From an uncultured Clostridium sp. (lineage in GTDB: Bacteria > Bacillota > Clostridia > TANB77 > CAG-508): a stretch of DNA of 64,000 bases. The translations under genes and the position numbers were made by a program. The notes beneath the pieces are model-generated. The model saw nothing but the letters and a program-made list of their open reading frames with translations, did not search any database and had not been told where the DNA came from. Positions 19,623 to 29,928 of this stretch are shown here, piece by piece. The stretch covers positions 96,280-160,279 of the forward strand of contig CAMMLS010000001.1 of assembly GCA_946497775.1 (NCBI GenBank), written 5' to 3'. Within the stretch, counting starts at the first letter, position 1. The number at the start of each line of letters is the position of its first letter.

Positions 19623-19858
19623 AGAAGAGATTTGTGTATTTGAAAATACAGTTTTAAATTAAAGTAATGATTCGGGATTTTTATATTATTAAAAAAGAGA
19701 GTTTTAATAATAATTTATTATATAATGAGATAAAACAAATGAAAATTTTAGTTGAAATAGTTATTTATAAAAATATTTATAGGAATCATTAGTTTAAATT
19801 TATTTTAAACTATTTTTTTGTGCACGATTTAAAAATTATAAAAAAAGAAGGAGAATTT

Positions 19859-21691
19859 ATGGAAAGAGAAGAAAATGAAAACAATTTAAGCTTAGTTAAT
19901 AAGCCAAGAGAGAGAAGAACTAGAAAAGTTAGAGAAAAAACAGACAGAAAGGAGAAATTACCTACAAAAAGACCTAAAAAGGAATTTACTAGCAGAGAAA
20001 CAAGAAAAGCAGTAAATGAAGAGGTTCAATTCAAAAAAGGTGGTTTAAAAATTATACCATTAGGGGGGTTACTTGAAATTGGTAAAAACATTACTGTTTT
20101 TGAATATGAAGATGATATTATTGTAGTGGATTGCGGACTAGCTTTCCCGGAAGATGATATGCTAGGTATAGATTTGGTTATTCCAGATGTTTCATATTTA
20201 GAGAAAAACAAGGATAAAATTAGAGGTTTAGTTGTAACACATGGTCATGAAGATCATATTGGAGGTATTCCATATTTATTAAAACAAGTGGATATGCCAA
20301 TTTATGCTACACCACTAACAGTAGGACTTATTAAAAATAAATTAGAGGAGCATAAATTACTTAGAAAAACTAAAATAAAAACAGTAGTGCAAGGTCAAAC
20401 TATTCATTTAGGAAAATTCAAAATTGAGTTTATAAGAAGCTGCCATAGTATACCAGATACTGTTATGCTAGCAATTACAACACCAGTAGGAACAGTACTT
20501 CACACAGGTGACTTTAAAATAGACCACACACCAATAGATGGTAGACCAATGAATTTGGGAAGACTTGCAGAACTTGGGAATAAAGGAATTTTATTATTAA
20601 TGTCAGATAGTACAAATGCTGAGCGTAAGGGATATACAATGTCTGAAAGCTCACTTGGAGTAGTGTTTGATAAATTATTCTTGAATTGTAAAAAAAGAAT
20701 AGTTGTTGCAACATTTGCATCAAATGTGCACAGAGTTCAACAAATTGTAAATGCAGCAGTAGAGAATAACAGAAAAATTGCAGTTTGTGGTAGAAGTATG
20801 ATTAACATGATAGACACTGCAAAAGAGCTTGGCTATATACAAGTACCAGATAATGTATTTATAGATATAGACATGATAAAAAATTACACAGATGAACAAC
20901 TTGTAATTATTACAACAGGAAGCCAAGGAGAAACAATGTCTGCATTAACTAGAATGGCTGCTGGTGAACACAAAAAGGTTGTAATAACTCCAAATGATTT
21001 GGTAATTATATCTGCAACACCAATACCAGGAAATGAAAAATTTGTATCAAAAGTTGTAGATGATTTAATGCAAATAGGTGCAGAAGTAGTTTACAGTGCA
21101 TTAGAAGATATTCACGTATCAGGACATGCTTGCCAAGAAGAACAAAAAATGATATTAGCATTAACAAAACCAAAATATTTTATGCCAATACATGGTGAAT
21201 ATAGACAACTTCAAGCACATATGGACACTGCAATGCAAATGGGAGTTCCAAAAGAAAACATTTTATCATTAACAAATGGTAGAATATTAGAATTAAATAG
21301 TGATTCGGCAAGAATAACAGGTACAGTACCATTTGGAAGAGTACTAGTAGATGGTTTAGGAGTTGGAGATGTTGGAAATATAGTATTAAGAGATAGACAA
21401 CATCTATCACAAGATGGATTAATAATAATAGTTCTAACAATGAATTCAGCAACAGGTGAAGTCGTTTCAGGACCTGATGTTATATCAAGAGGATTTGTTT
21501 ATGTAAGAGAATCTGAAAACTTAATGGAAGACATAAAGAAAATAGTAAGAGAAGAAATAAGGAAATGTGAAGAAAAACAAATAAAAGACTGGTCAACAAT
21601 TAAATCAAACTTAAAAGACAGCCTAAGAGACTATGTATATGTAAAAACAAAAAGAAACCCAATGATTTTACCAATAATTATGGAAGTTTAA
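19859..21691 (+). CDS. rnj: ribonuclease J with a basic K/R/E-rich N-terminal extension
   Basis: Beta-CASP metallo-beta-lactamase motifs (VVTHGHEDHIGGIPYLL; HVSGHA). I chose ATG 19859 (RBS aaggag). Confidence 0.9.
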   Translation: MEREENENNLSLVNKPRERRTRKVREKTDRKEKLPTKRPKKEFTSRETRKAVNEEVQFKKGGLKIIPLGGLLEIGKNITVFEYEDDIIVVDCGLAFPEDDMLGIDLVIPDVSYLEKNKDKIRGLVVTHGHEDHIGGIPYLLKQVDMPIYATPLTVGLIKNKLEEHKLLRKTKIKTVVQGQTIHLGKFKIEFIRSCHSIPDTVMLAITTPVGTVLHTGDFKIDHTPIDGRPMNLGRLAELGNKGILLLMSDSTNAERKGYTMSESSLGVVFDKLFLNCKKRIVVATFASNVHRVQQIVNAAVENNRKIAVCGRSMINMIDTAKELGYIQVPDNVFIDIDMIKNYTDEQLVIITTGSQGETMSALTRMAAGEHKKVVITPNDLVIISATPIPGNEKFVSKVVDDLMQIGAEVVYSALEDIHVSGHACQEEQKMILALTKPKYFMPIHGEYRQLQAHMDTAMQMGVPKENILSLTNGRILELNSDSARITGTVPFGRVLVDGLGVGDVGNIVLRDRQHLSQDGLIIIVLTMNSATGEVVSGPDVISRGFVYVRESENLMEDIKKIVREEIRKCEEKQIKDWSTIKSNLKDSLRDYVYVKTKRNPMILPIIMEV

Positions 21692-21713
21692 TAAAATAAG
21701 GAGTAATTATAAA

Positions 21714-23372
21714 ATGGATAATAAAGAACTTGCAAACTTAATTTTTCCCAATATTAAGGATATATCATATTATGAAGAAAAATATCCTAAAAGAGATTTA
21801 CCAGAAGGGGCAATTGTTTCAAGATTTGCACCTAGCCCAACAGGATTTGTTCATATAGGAGGACTTTACCAAGCACTAGTTGCTAGAACTGCAACTAAGC
21901 AGACTAATGGAGTGTTCTTTTTAAGAATTGAAGATACAGACCAAAAAAGAGAGATTGAAAATGGTATAGAAGGTATTATAAATTCTTTAAAAGATTTTGA
22001 CATGAGCCCAGATGAGGGAATGGTTAATCAAACTGAGGAAAGAGGAGAATACGGACCATATAAGCAAAGTGAAAGAAAAGAAATATATCAATCTTATGCT
22101 AAATATCTAATAGAACAAGGCAAGGCATATCCTTGTTTTTGTACATCTGAAACATTAGAACAAATTAGAAAAAATCAAGAAGCTGCAATGGAAAGAACTG
22201 GCTATTATGGAAAATGGACAAGATGTAGAAAAATGCCGCTAGATTTAATGAAAGAAAAAATAGAGAATGGTGAAAGCTATATTATTCGTTTTAAATCACC
22301 AGGAAATCCAGATAAAAAAATAAAACATCATGATGTAATTAAAGGAAATGTAGATTTTCCAGAAAATGACCAAGATATAGTAATAATAAAAGCAGATGGC
22401 TTGCCAACATATCATTTCGCACATGCAGTTGATGACCACTTAATGAGAACAACACATGTAATACGTAGTGATGAATGGCTTCCTTCTGTTCCACTTCATA
22501 TACAACTATTTACAGAATTAGGATTTAAACCACCTAAATATGCACATATAGCACCAATTATGAAAAATGATAATGGAAATAAAAGAAAATTAAGTAAAAG
22601 AAAAGACCCAGAAGCAGCTGTTTCATATTACTTAGAACAAGGAATTCCATCAGATGCAGTTAAAGAATATTTACTAAATATCGCAAATTCAAATTTTGAA
22701 AATTGGAGACGTGGTAATAAAGATAAATCAATAGATGAATTTGAGTTTCACTTAAATAAAATGAGTGTAAGTGGTGCCTTGTTTGATATGGTGAAATTAC
22801 TTGATGTATCTAAAATAGTAATTTCAAAATATTCAGCAGAAAAAGTGTATAATGAAACAATAAAATGGGCAAATGTATTTGATAAAGATTTTGCTAACAT
22901 TTTAGAAAAAGATAAAGACTATACACTAAAAGTACTAGGAATAGAAAGAGGAAACCAAAAACCTAGAAAAGATATTGCAAAATGGTCAGATGTTAAAGAA
23001 AATGTACTATATATGTATAATGAATTATTCGAAAATAGTAATGAAAATTATGAATTCCAAGTAATTCAAGAAAAAGAAGAAATTAAAGAAGTTTTAACAA
23101 AATATATAGAAAAATATTTTAATATAAATGATGATAAACAATTATGGTTCGATAAAATGAAAGATTTAGCAGAAGAAATGGGTTATGCAAGAGAAGTAAA
23201 ATTATTTAAAGCCGAACCAGATAAATACAAAGCACATGTTGGAGATGTAAGCACTGTAATAAGAGTAGCATTAACCAAGAGACACAATACACCGGACATG
23301 TACGAAATAATGAATGTACTTGGAAAAGACGAAGTTATATCTAGAATACAAAAATGCATAGAAACATTATAG
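21714..23372 (+). CDS. gltX: glutamate--tRNA ligase
   Basis: RFAPSPTGFVHIGG (HIGH motif), LRIEDTDQKRE and KLSKRK (KMSKS motif). Confidence 0.9.
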   Translation: MDNKELANLIFPNIKDISYYEEKYPKRDLPEGAIVSRFAPSPTGFVHIGGLYQALVARTATKQTNGVFFLRIEDTDQKREIENGIEGIINSLKDFDMSPDEGMVNQTEERGEYGPYKQSERKEIYQSYAKYLIEQGKAYPCFCTSETLEQIRKNQEAAMERTGYYGKWTRCRKMPLDLMKEKIENGESYIIRFKSPGNPDKKIKHHDVIKGNVDFPENDQDIVIIKADGLPTYHFAHAVDDHLMRTTHVIRSDEWLPSVPLHIQLFTELGFKPPKYAHIAPIMKNDNGNKRKLSKRKDPEAAVSYYLEQGIPSDAVKEYLLNIANSNFENWRRGNKDKSIDEFEFHLNKMSVSGALFDMVKLLDVSKIVISKYSAEKVYNETIKWANVFDKDFANILEKDKDYTLKVLGIERGNQKPRKDIAKWSDVKENVLYMYNELFENSNENYEFQVIQEKEEIKEVLTKYIEKYFNINDDKQLWFDKMKDLAEEMGYAREVKLFKAEPDKYKAHVGDVSTVIRVALTKRHNTPDMYEIMNVLGKDEVISRIQKCIETL

Positions 23373-23382
23373 GAGAAAAAAT

Positions 23383-23562
23383 ATGGAATATAATGTTGGA
23401 GATAAAATAATATCTAAAAAAAAGCATCCATGTGGAAGTAAAGAGTGGGAAATAACAAGAGTGGGGGTAGATTTTAAATTAAAATGTTTAGGTTGCTCAC
23501 ACCAAATAATGTTACCACGTGAAAAAGCACTAAAAATGATTAATAAAAAATTAGATAATTAG
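23383..23562 (+). CDS. DUF951-family small protein (59 aa)
   Basis: MEYNVGDKIISKKKHPCGSKEWEITRVGVDFKLKCLGCSHQIMLPREKALKMI. The Cys4 pattern matches my recollection of DUF951. It is below the ORF-track cut-off. Confidence 0.65.
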   Translation: MEYNVGDKIISKKKHPCGSKEWEITRVGVDFKLKCLGCSHQIMLPREKALKMINKKLDN

Positions 23563-23580
23563 AACAAAGGAGGAATATTT

Positions 23581-24303
23581 ATGACACCACATAATGAAGC
23601 CAAAATTGGTGAAATTGCAAAAACTGTATTGATGCCAGGAGATCCATTAAGAGCAAAATATATCGCAGAGAATTTTTTAGAAAATGCAAAATTAGTAAAC
23701 AAAGTTAGAAATATTTTTGCATATACAGGAACTTATAAAGGTAAAGAAATAACTGTAATGGCATCTGGAATGGGAATGCCAAGTATTGGAATATATGCAT
23801 ATGAACTATATAAAGTATATGATGTAGAAAATATAATAAGAATAGGTTCATGTGGAGGATATTCAGATAAGTTAGAACTATTTGATACAATTTTAGTAGA
23901 ATCAAGCTATTCTGAGGGGAATTTTGCCTACACATTTAATAGCGAAGATTGCCACTTAGCAGATGCTTCAAAAGAATTAAATAATATAATTGAACAGACT
24001 GCTAAAAATCAAGATATAAAATATGTAAAAGGAAATGTGCTATGTAGTGATTGCTTTGACCTTTATATACCAAAACTACAAGAATTACTAGATAGATTAC
24101 CAAAAGAATTAAATATAATAGCAGCAGAAATGGAATCTTTTGTATTATTTTACCTTGCAAAATTGTTAAATAAAAAAGCAGCGTGTCTTTTAACAGTAGT
24201 AGATATTCCAACAAAACAAAATCAAATATCAGCAGAAGAAAGAGAAAAAGCATTAAATGGCATGATAACCCTAAGCTTAGAGGCAAGCTTAGGGTTAGAG
24301 TAA
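23581..24303 (+). CDS. deoD: purine nucleoside phosphorylase, DeoD type
   Basis: VLMPGDPLRAKYIAENFLEN...YTGTYKGKEITVMASGMGMPSIGIY...EMES. Confidence 0.9.
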   Translation: MTPHNEAKIGEIAKTVLMPGDPLRAKYIAENFLENAKLVNKVRNIFAYTGTYKGKEITVMASGMGMPSIGIYAYELYKVYDVENIIRIGSCGGYSDKLELFDTILVESSYSEGNFAYTFNSEDCHLADASKELNNIIEQTAKNQDIKYVKGNVLCSDCFDLYIPKLQELLDRLPKELNIIAAEMESFVLFYLAKLLNKKAACLLTVVDIPTKQNQISAEEREKALNGMITLSLEASLGLE

Positions 24304-24331
24304 GAGTGAACAAAATTCACTCTTATTTTTT
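24302..24331 (+). terminator. rho-independent terminator after deoD
   Basis: AAGAGTGAA pairs with TTCACTCTT, followed by a T-run. Confidence 0.75.
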
Positions 24332-24376
24332 GCATAAAAAATCTAAGTTATTCCAAAATAATATTGGTGATGTATT

Positions 24377-24628
24377 ATGAGAATATCATTAATAAAATCT
24401 GCAAATGATAAAAAAAGTTTTAATTTAGCAAAAGGATTAGGGTTTAATGTTGTAGAATTAGAAGAAAACGAAGAAGTGGATAACAAAATAAAAGAACTTA
24501 TAGAAAATAATTATAATAGTATAATTCTATCTAGCGAAGTTGCTGGATTTTCGGAGGATATTATAAAAAAATATAATACAGATAAAAACATAAACATTTA
24601 TATTGCCCCTAGTAAAAGAAATAATTAG
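24377..24628 (+). CDS. hypothetical small protein (faint V-ATPase subunit F-like pattern)
   Basis: 83 aa. It overlaps the upstream stop region. The similarity is only pattern-level. Confidence 0.4.
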   Translation: MRISLIKSANDKKSFNLAKGLGFNVVELEENEEVDNKIKELIENNYNSIILSSEVAGFSEDIIKKYNTDKNINIYIAPSKRNN

Positions 24629-24647
24629 AAGGAATTAAACAAGAAGT

Positions 24648-25232
24648 TTGGCATATATATATAACAACTGGGGGAAAAGTATGGAAGGAAATAATGAATT
24701 ATACAATAATTTTGTAAGAGATTTTGGAAATAGGATATGTACTATAACAGCAGGTCAAACATATTCTAATTTGATTTTTTTATGTATAGGAACACAAAGG
24801 ATAATAGGAGATGCGTTTGGACCACTTGTTGGAAATAGATTAACTAACATGCTAAGAGGAGCAAGAAAATTAAATGTAATAGGAACATTAGAAAATAGTG
24901 TAAGCTTATGTAATATAAATCAAATTATGGAGAGAATTAATTCTACATATACAAATCCATTTATTATTGCAATAGATGCAGCATTGTCTTCTACTGAGAA
25001 TATAGGAAGTATTCTTGTATCAGATGGTGGAATAGAATTAGGTAGTAGCTTAAATAGGCAATGTATAAAAGTAGGAGACATGAGCATAAAAGGAATTGTT
25101 GGTCGTAATTGCAGAAATATTAATCAAAATTTAAGTACACTTCAAAATGTGCCATTAAGCAGAGTGGTTAATTTAGCAGACGTGGTTTCTTCTGGAATAT
25201 ATAATACAATAAACTACAATTGTAATGAATAA
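24648..25232 (+). CDS. yyaC: spore protease YyaC (GPR-like, DUF1256)
   Basis: IFLCIGTQRIIGDAFGPLVG...FIIAIDAALS. The start may be ATG 24669. Confidence 0.8.
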   Translation: MAYIYNNWGKSMEGNNELYNNFVRDFGNRICTITAGQTYSNLIFLCIGTQRIIGDAFGPLVGNRLTNMLRGARKLNVIGTLENSVSLCNINQIMERINSTYTNPFIIAIDAALSSTENIGSILVSDGGIELGSSLNRQCIKVGDMSIKGIVGRNCRNINQNLSTLQNVPLSRVVNLADVVSSGIYNTINYNCNE

Positions 25233-25287
25233 ATTTACCAATCTTGGAAAAAATCTAAATAAGAAGATATTTCCAAGGGAGGTAAAT

Positions 25288-25614
25288 ATGGATATAGGGC
25301 AAATGAAAAATATAGTAGTTTTAAAAAATTTACCATCTAACATTGTAGATGAGGCAATTGTGGTGTTAAAGCAAAATAAAAAGGTAAAAAATATTCAATA
25401 CAGTAGAAAAAATGGAGAAAGAGAGGGAATAGAAAAAAATGACAATAAATATATTGTAAAAGAAGCGGAACTGCTTATTAACAAATATATAAAAGATGTA
25501 GAAGAGAAAAGTAACATTAAAAAAGTTACTAATTTAGAAAAGAAATATAATATACAAAAGTATATAAGTTTTGGATTGGCTTTTGTGGCATTAGTAGAAT
25601 TTATTATAATGTAA
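25288..25614 (+). CDS. hypothetical protein with C-terminal membrane anchor
   Basis: I chose ATG 25288 because it is preceded by gggaggt. The C-terminal hydrophobic stretch is ISFGLAFVALVEFIIM. Confidence 0.5.
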   Translation: MDIGQMKNIVVLKNLPSNIVDEAIVVLKQNKKVKNIQYSRKNGEREGIEKNDNKYIVKEAELLINKYIKDVEEKSNIKKVTNLEKKYNIQKYISFGLAFVALVEFIIM

Positions 25615-25620
25615 TTAATA

Positions 25621-25656
25621 AAAACCTAATTGGTATTTTCCAATTAGGTTTTTTGC
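25621..25656 (+). terminator. rho-independent terminator
   Basis: AACCTAATTGG pairs with CCAATTAGGTT, followed by a T-run. Confidence 0.8.
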
Positions 25657-25723
25657 TTTTAAAAAAGTAATATTACACTTTTATGTGCATATATTAGAAT
25701 AAAACATAAGAGGAGGTAAAATT

Positions 25724-26660
25724 ATGGAAAAAACCATAAGTGTAGAAGAACGTATTCGAAGAGCCGAAGAAATATATGCAAGAAGAAAAAGTGCTAGTGT
25801 AGGTACAAGCATACCATACGCAAGAGTAAATGTTGGAGATAAAAGAAAAAACAGCATTATTAGAAAAATGATTATTCAAATATTTATATGTGTAATAATT
25901 TATACAGGCTTTTACATAGTTAAAAATGGCAATTACATATTTTCAGGTCAATTAATTGACCAAATTAAATCCGTATTAGAATATGATATAAGTTTAGAAA
26001 ATATTAGTAATAATGTTCTTAATTACATAAATCAAATTAAGAATCCAAATACAGACATTCCAGAAGAAAATAAAGAAACTCCGCCAGAAAATACAGAAAA
26101 TAATAATGTTTTGCAAGAGGGACTAACAGAGGGGGTTTCAGATGCCATAGAAAATGCTGTAACAGAAAGTAGTACACAAACAGAAACATTAGGAGTAACC
26201 GACGAAGTAGTAGTGCCAGAAGAAACAAGTAGTGTAAGCCAAGAACAAATAGATGCAGATTATATAAAAAGCAATTATTCTCTAATTAAACCACTAACAG
26301 GCACAATAACTTCAAGGTTTGGAAATAGAAATCCAACAGTTGCAACAGTTTCTAAATATCATACTGGAATAGATATTGCAGCTAACACTGGAACTAAAAT
26401 TATTGCGGCTATGGATGGAGAGGTAACACTTGTTTCTTCAACAGGAGCTTATCGGAAATCATTTAGAAATAACAAATGGGGAAGTTACAACTCAATATGC
26501 ACATTGTAACAAAATATACGTAAGTGAAGGAGATAAGATTTCGCAAGGACAAGAAATTGCAGAAGTGGGAGCAACTGGGAATGTTACTGGACCTCATTTG
26601 CATTTTGAAATTAAAAGAAATGGAAATTTAGTAAATCCAGACTATATTTTAGATTTTTAA
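25724..26660 (+). CDS. membrane-anchored M23 (LytM) peptidase, SpoIVFA-like position; frame broken (+1) at CGG 26453-26455
   Basis: Upstream frame: HTGIDIAANTGTKIIAAMDGEVTLVSSTGAY. +1 frame: GNHLEITNGEVTTQYAHCNKIYV...GATGNVTGPHLHFEI. Confidence 0.8.
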
Positions 26661-26676
26661 AAAGAGAGGGTATTTA

Positions 26677-27313
26677 ATGCAAATTAAAATTAGCTTACAA
26701 ATTTTTATATTTGCTGCTGTATTTTATATAACGAAACAAATTGAAGTATATGCAGTTTTAATGTTATTAGCATTTGTTCATGAATGTGGACATTTGCTTG
26801 CAGGACTATTATTAAATTTAAAACCAAAGAAAATAGAAGTTAATCCTATGGGGCTTGCTATAATTTTTGAGGAATTTGGTGCAAGAAATAAAAGCTTTGA
26901 ATGGAAGAAAATTATTATTGCGATGGCAGGACCTTTAACTAATTTGATTATTATGTTAGTTATAATGTTTGCAGATATTCCAATGGACACTGTAAGCAGA
27001 GAAATTATTATTTATGCAAACATGCTTATTATTTTATTCAATCTTTTACCTATTTATCCATTAGATGGAGGTAGAATTGTTAAAGGATTATTGTACATAG
27101 CTAAGGGAAAAAACTTTTCAGATAGTATTACAAATAAAATTGCAAATATTCGGTGCTATAATGCTTACTTTCGCTGGAAGTATTGCTGTATATTATTTTA
27201 AAAATATTGCAATTTTGATTATGCTTGTATATTTATGGGTTTTGGTTATTAAAGAGAATAAAAGGTATTCACTAAAAGAAAGAGTAGAGAGAATAATTAA
27301 GCAAACCCCTTGA
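26677..27313 (+). CDS. M50-family site-2 protease (SpoIVFB-like); frame broken (+1) at CGG 27151-27153
   Basis: HECGH (HExxH) and NLLPIYPLDGGRI motifs. The 0-frame ends at 27201. My translation of the +1 frame from 27152 gives two further hydrophobic helices (GAIMLTFAGSIAVYYF, IAILIMLVYLWVLVI) and a stop at 27311-27313. Confidence 0.7.
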
Positions 27314-27385
27314 AAAAATGTGTATTTAATAGTAAACTATAATAAAGTTTTAAGAGAAATGCATTTTGCATAGGGAGGTAAACTA

Positions 27386-28616
27386 ATGAAAAATGTGAAG
27401 CGGAATTACACTAATAGTACTTGTTATTACTATTGTTGTTATGCTTATTATTACAGGAGCGGTTGTAACTATTAGTATAAGTAATTTGAAGACTAAAAAT
27501 CTTACTAATATGTATGCTGATTTGAAAAGTTTGAATGATAAAATAGCAGTGTATTATAATAGTTATGGAGAGTTGCCAGTTAAAGAAAAGTTTACAGGTT
27601 CATATGATTTTGTAATCGATGCAAATCCTAATGATGATGCGGATTTATATTATGTAATTGATGCTAGCAAACTAAATAACCTAATATTAGCTAAGAATAT
27701 TTCATGGAGCGGTGATGATGTTTATATAATTAATGAAAAAACTCATATGATTTATTATCCAAAGGGCGTTTCACTAGATGGAGAGATGTATTATAGACTT
27801 CCAGGGGAGTATAGTAAGATTGAAGACACAACATTAGATAAATCCGATATAGCTGAGAATGCGGATGATTTTTATGGGGATTATGTAATAAATTATACTA
27901 CTCCAAGTGGAGATCCTAATGTAAGATGGAGGATTTTTCATGCGGATGAGGAGAATATTTATTTGATTGCTGATGATTATATACATTTTGACTATGCCCC
28001 AACGGGGAAAAAAGGAACAACCTTATATAAAATTTCAGATTACATCTTATCATTTGATAACGTATACAAAGATTATACAGGAGCAAGTGATATGACCGAC
28101 ACAAGAATAACAAAATGGTTAAGTTATTTAAAAGATAACTCAACAGCAATCGGAGAAGGAATACAATCAGTAGCATTTATGTTAGATGAAGCAAGATGGA
28201 GTGAAAAATATAAAAATCCAGAATATGCAGAATATGCAATTGGAGGTCCAACGCTAGAATTATGGTGCGCATCATATAAGAAAACACATACAGATAAATA
28301 TGTAGAATTTACATATAATGCTACAGGATACCAAGTAAAATGGGACAGTACAGAAAGTTTTAGTACTAGTGTCAGTGGAGCAGATGATAGTGATAATTTA
28401 TATTATATAAAGAATACAAATGGTTACATGTGGTTAGCTTCTCCGTCTGCATATAACCCTATCACCTTGATGGGCATAAATTACAGTGGAGATGTGGACT
28501 ATGAATATTATTTTTGTAACCGATTTAGTACGGGGTTTCGTCCTATAGTCTGTCTAAAATCTGGAATTCAATTAGAAAAAATAAGTGACACTGAACTTAA
28601 AATAATAGAGCAATAG
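27386..28616 (+). CDS. large pilin-like protein (class III signal/pilin N-terminus plus about 370-aa globular part); frame broken (+1) at CGG 27401-27403
   Basis: ATG 27386 (RBS gggaggt) gives MKNVK, then the +1 frame gives GITLIVLVITIVVMLIITGAVV... The N-terminus parallels MKITNGITLIALVITIIV of the paralog at 33374. The C-terminal ...WLASPSAY...STGFRPIVCLKSG motif looks lectin/DUF1566-like, tentatively. Confidence 0.7.
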
Positions 28617-28800
28617 GATGTTTTTAAATTAGCCGCCGAAAAGAGATTAATATATATTATTTTTTGCCTTTCATACTTGCCTTTTTTGGGTAAGTGTGGT
28701 AAAATATATAAGCTTATAAATAGCAAATTTAACAAATTGCTATTTATCCTTACTTGTATTCGAAGTGGTACAGGTTATTATCCATGAGGAGGTGAACGGA

Positions 28801-29085
28801 ATGAATAAATACGAGAGTGTTATTATTATTAATCCGTCTGTAGAGGAACAAGGAATTAAGTCTTTAATTGCTAAATTTACAGATTTGATTAATAGTAATG
28901 GAAAGCTTGAAAAAGTTGAAGAACTTGGTAAGAAGAAATTAGCTTATGAAATTAAGAAAAATTCAGAAGGATATTACATAGTTTTCAATTTTGAAGCTAA
29001 TCCAGATTTAATAGCTGAACTTGAAAGAGTTTATAGAATTACAGATGAAGTTATTAAATTTATAGTTGTAAGAGAAAATGATTAA
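28801..29085 (+). CDS. rpsF: 30S ribosomal protein S6
   Basis: MNKYESVIIINPSVEEQ...KLAYEIKKNSEGYY. I chose ATG 28801 (RBS gaggagg) rather than the ORF-track GTG 28765. Confidence 0.95.
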   Translation: MNKYESVIIINPSVEEQGIKSLIAKFTDLINSNGKLEKVEELGKKKLAYEIKKNSEGYYIVFNFEANPDLIAELERVYRITDEVIKFIVVREND

Positions 29086-29142
29086 TTTACTATTTATGGG
29101 GGGCTTTTAAATATAGTAAAATAGTAAAAAGGAAGAGATTTT

Positions 29143-29568
29143 ATGAACAAAGTTATTTTAATGGGACGTTTAACAAGAGATCCAGAAGTTAGATATACTC
29201 AAACTAATAATACATTAGTAGCTTCTTTTAGTCTAGCAGTAAATAGAAGATTTGTAAGACAAGGGGAAGAAAGACAAGCTGATTTTATTAATATTGTGGC
29301 TTGGAGTAAACTTGGAGAGTTTTGTAGTAAATATTTTAAAAAAGGTCAACAAGTTGCTATTATTGGAAGAATCCAAACTAGAACTTGGGATGATGAAAAT
29401 GGTGTTAAACGTTATGTAACAGAGGTAGTTGCAGAAGAAGCTTATTTTGCAGATAGTAAAAGAGATGGAGTTTCTGATGGCACAAGTTTTGAAAATACTT
29501 TTGGAACAACTGCTACATCAGCAAACCCAGAGTTTACAGTAGCTTCTGATGATGATTTACCATTCTAG
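29143..29568 (+). CDS. ssb: single-stranded DNA-binding protein
   Basis: MNKVILMGRLTRDPEVRYT...TRTWDDENG...; acidic tail ending DDDLPF. Confidence 0.95.
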   Translation: MNKVILMGRLTRDPEVRYTQTNNTLVASFSLAVNRRFVRQGEERQADFINIVAWSKLGEFCSKYFKKGQQVAIIGRIQTRTWDDENGVKRYVTEVVAEEAYFADSKRDGVSDGTSFENTFGTTATSANPEFTVASDDDLPF

Positions 29569-29596
29569 TTTTTTAAGAAATGGGGGGAAATAGAAA

Positions 29597-29881
29597 ATGG
29601 CAGATAAAAAACAAAACAATAAAAGAAATAGAAACAACAATGGTGACGAAGATTTTAATCCTAGATTTAGAAAAATGAGAAAAAAAGTTTGTCCTTTATG
29701 TAGTGACAAAAATCTAGTATTAGATTACAAAAATGGTGAACAATTAAGAAAATATATAAATGATAAAGGTAAAATATTACCAAGAAGAGCAACAGGTGCT
29801 TGTGCTAAACATCAAAGAACTATAACATTAGCAGTTAAAAGAGCAAGACATATTGCTGTGTTACCATTTTCACAAAACTAA
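29597..29881 (+). CDS. rpsR: 30S ribosomal protein S18
   Basis: [50 protein letters not shown]. Confidence 0.95.
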   Translation: MADKKQNNKRNRNNNGDEDFNPRFRKMRKKVCPLCSDKNLVLDYKNGEQLRKYINDKGKILPRRATGACAKHQRTITLAVKRARHIAVLPFSQN

Positions 29882-29884
29882 TAA

Positions 29885-29925
29885 AAATAGCTGTAACTAT
29901 TTGAATTTAATAGTTACAGCTATTT
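29885..29925. terminator. bidirectional rho-independent terminator
   Basis: AAATAGCTGTAACTATT pairs with AATAGTTACAGCTATTT. Confidence 0.8.
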
Positions 29926-29928
29926 TGT

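Noticed and set aside
19859-20040. The lysine/arginine/glutamate-rich region at the start of the RNase J ORF, as a possible separate small gene or repeat.
   Set aside because: It is continuous in frame with the catalytic domain and has no internal RBS or start context. It is best read as a basic N-terminal extension.
28700-28800. An imperfect hairpin AAATAGCAAATTT...AAATTGCTATTT in the rpsF leader, as a possible S6:S18 autoregulatory RNA.
   Set aside because: I cannot match it from memory to the conserved rpsF-leader motif. An AT-rich imperfect hairpin alone is weak evidence.
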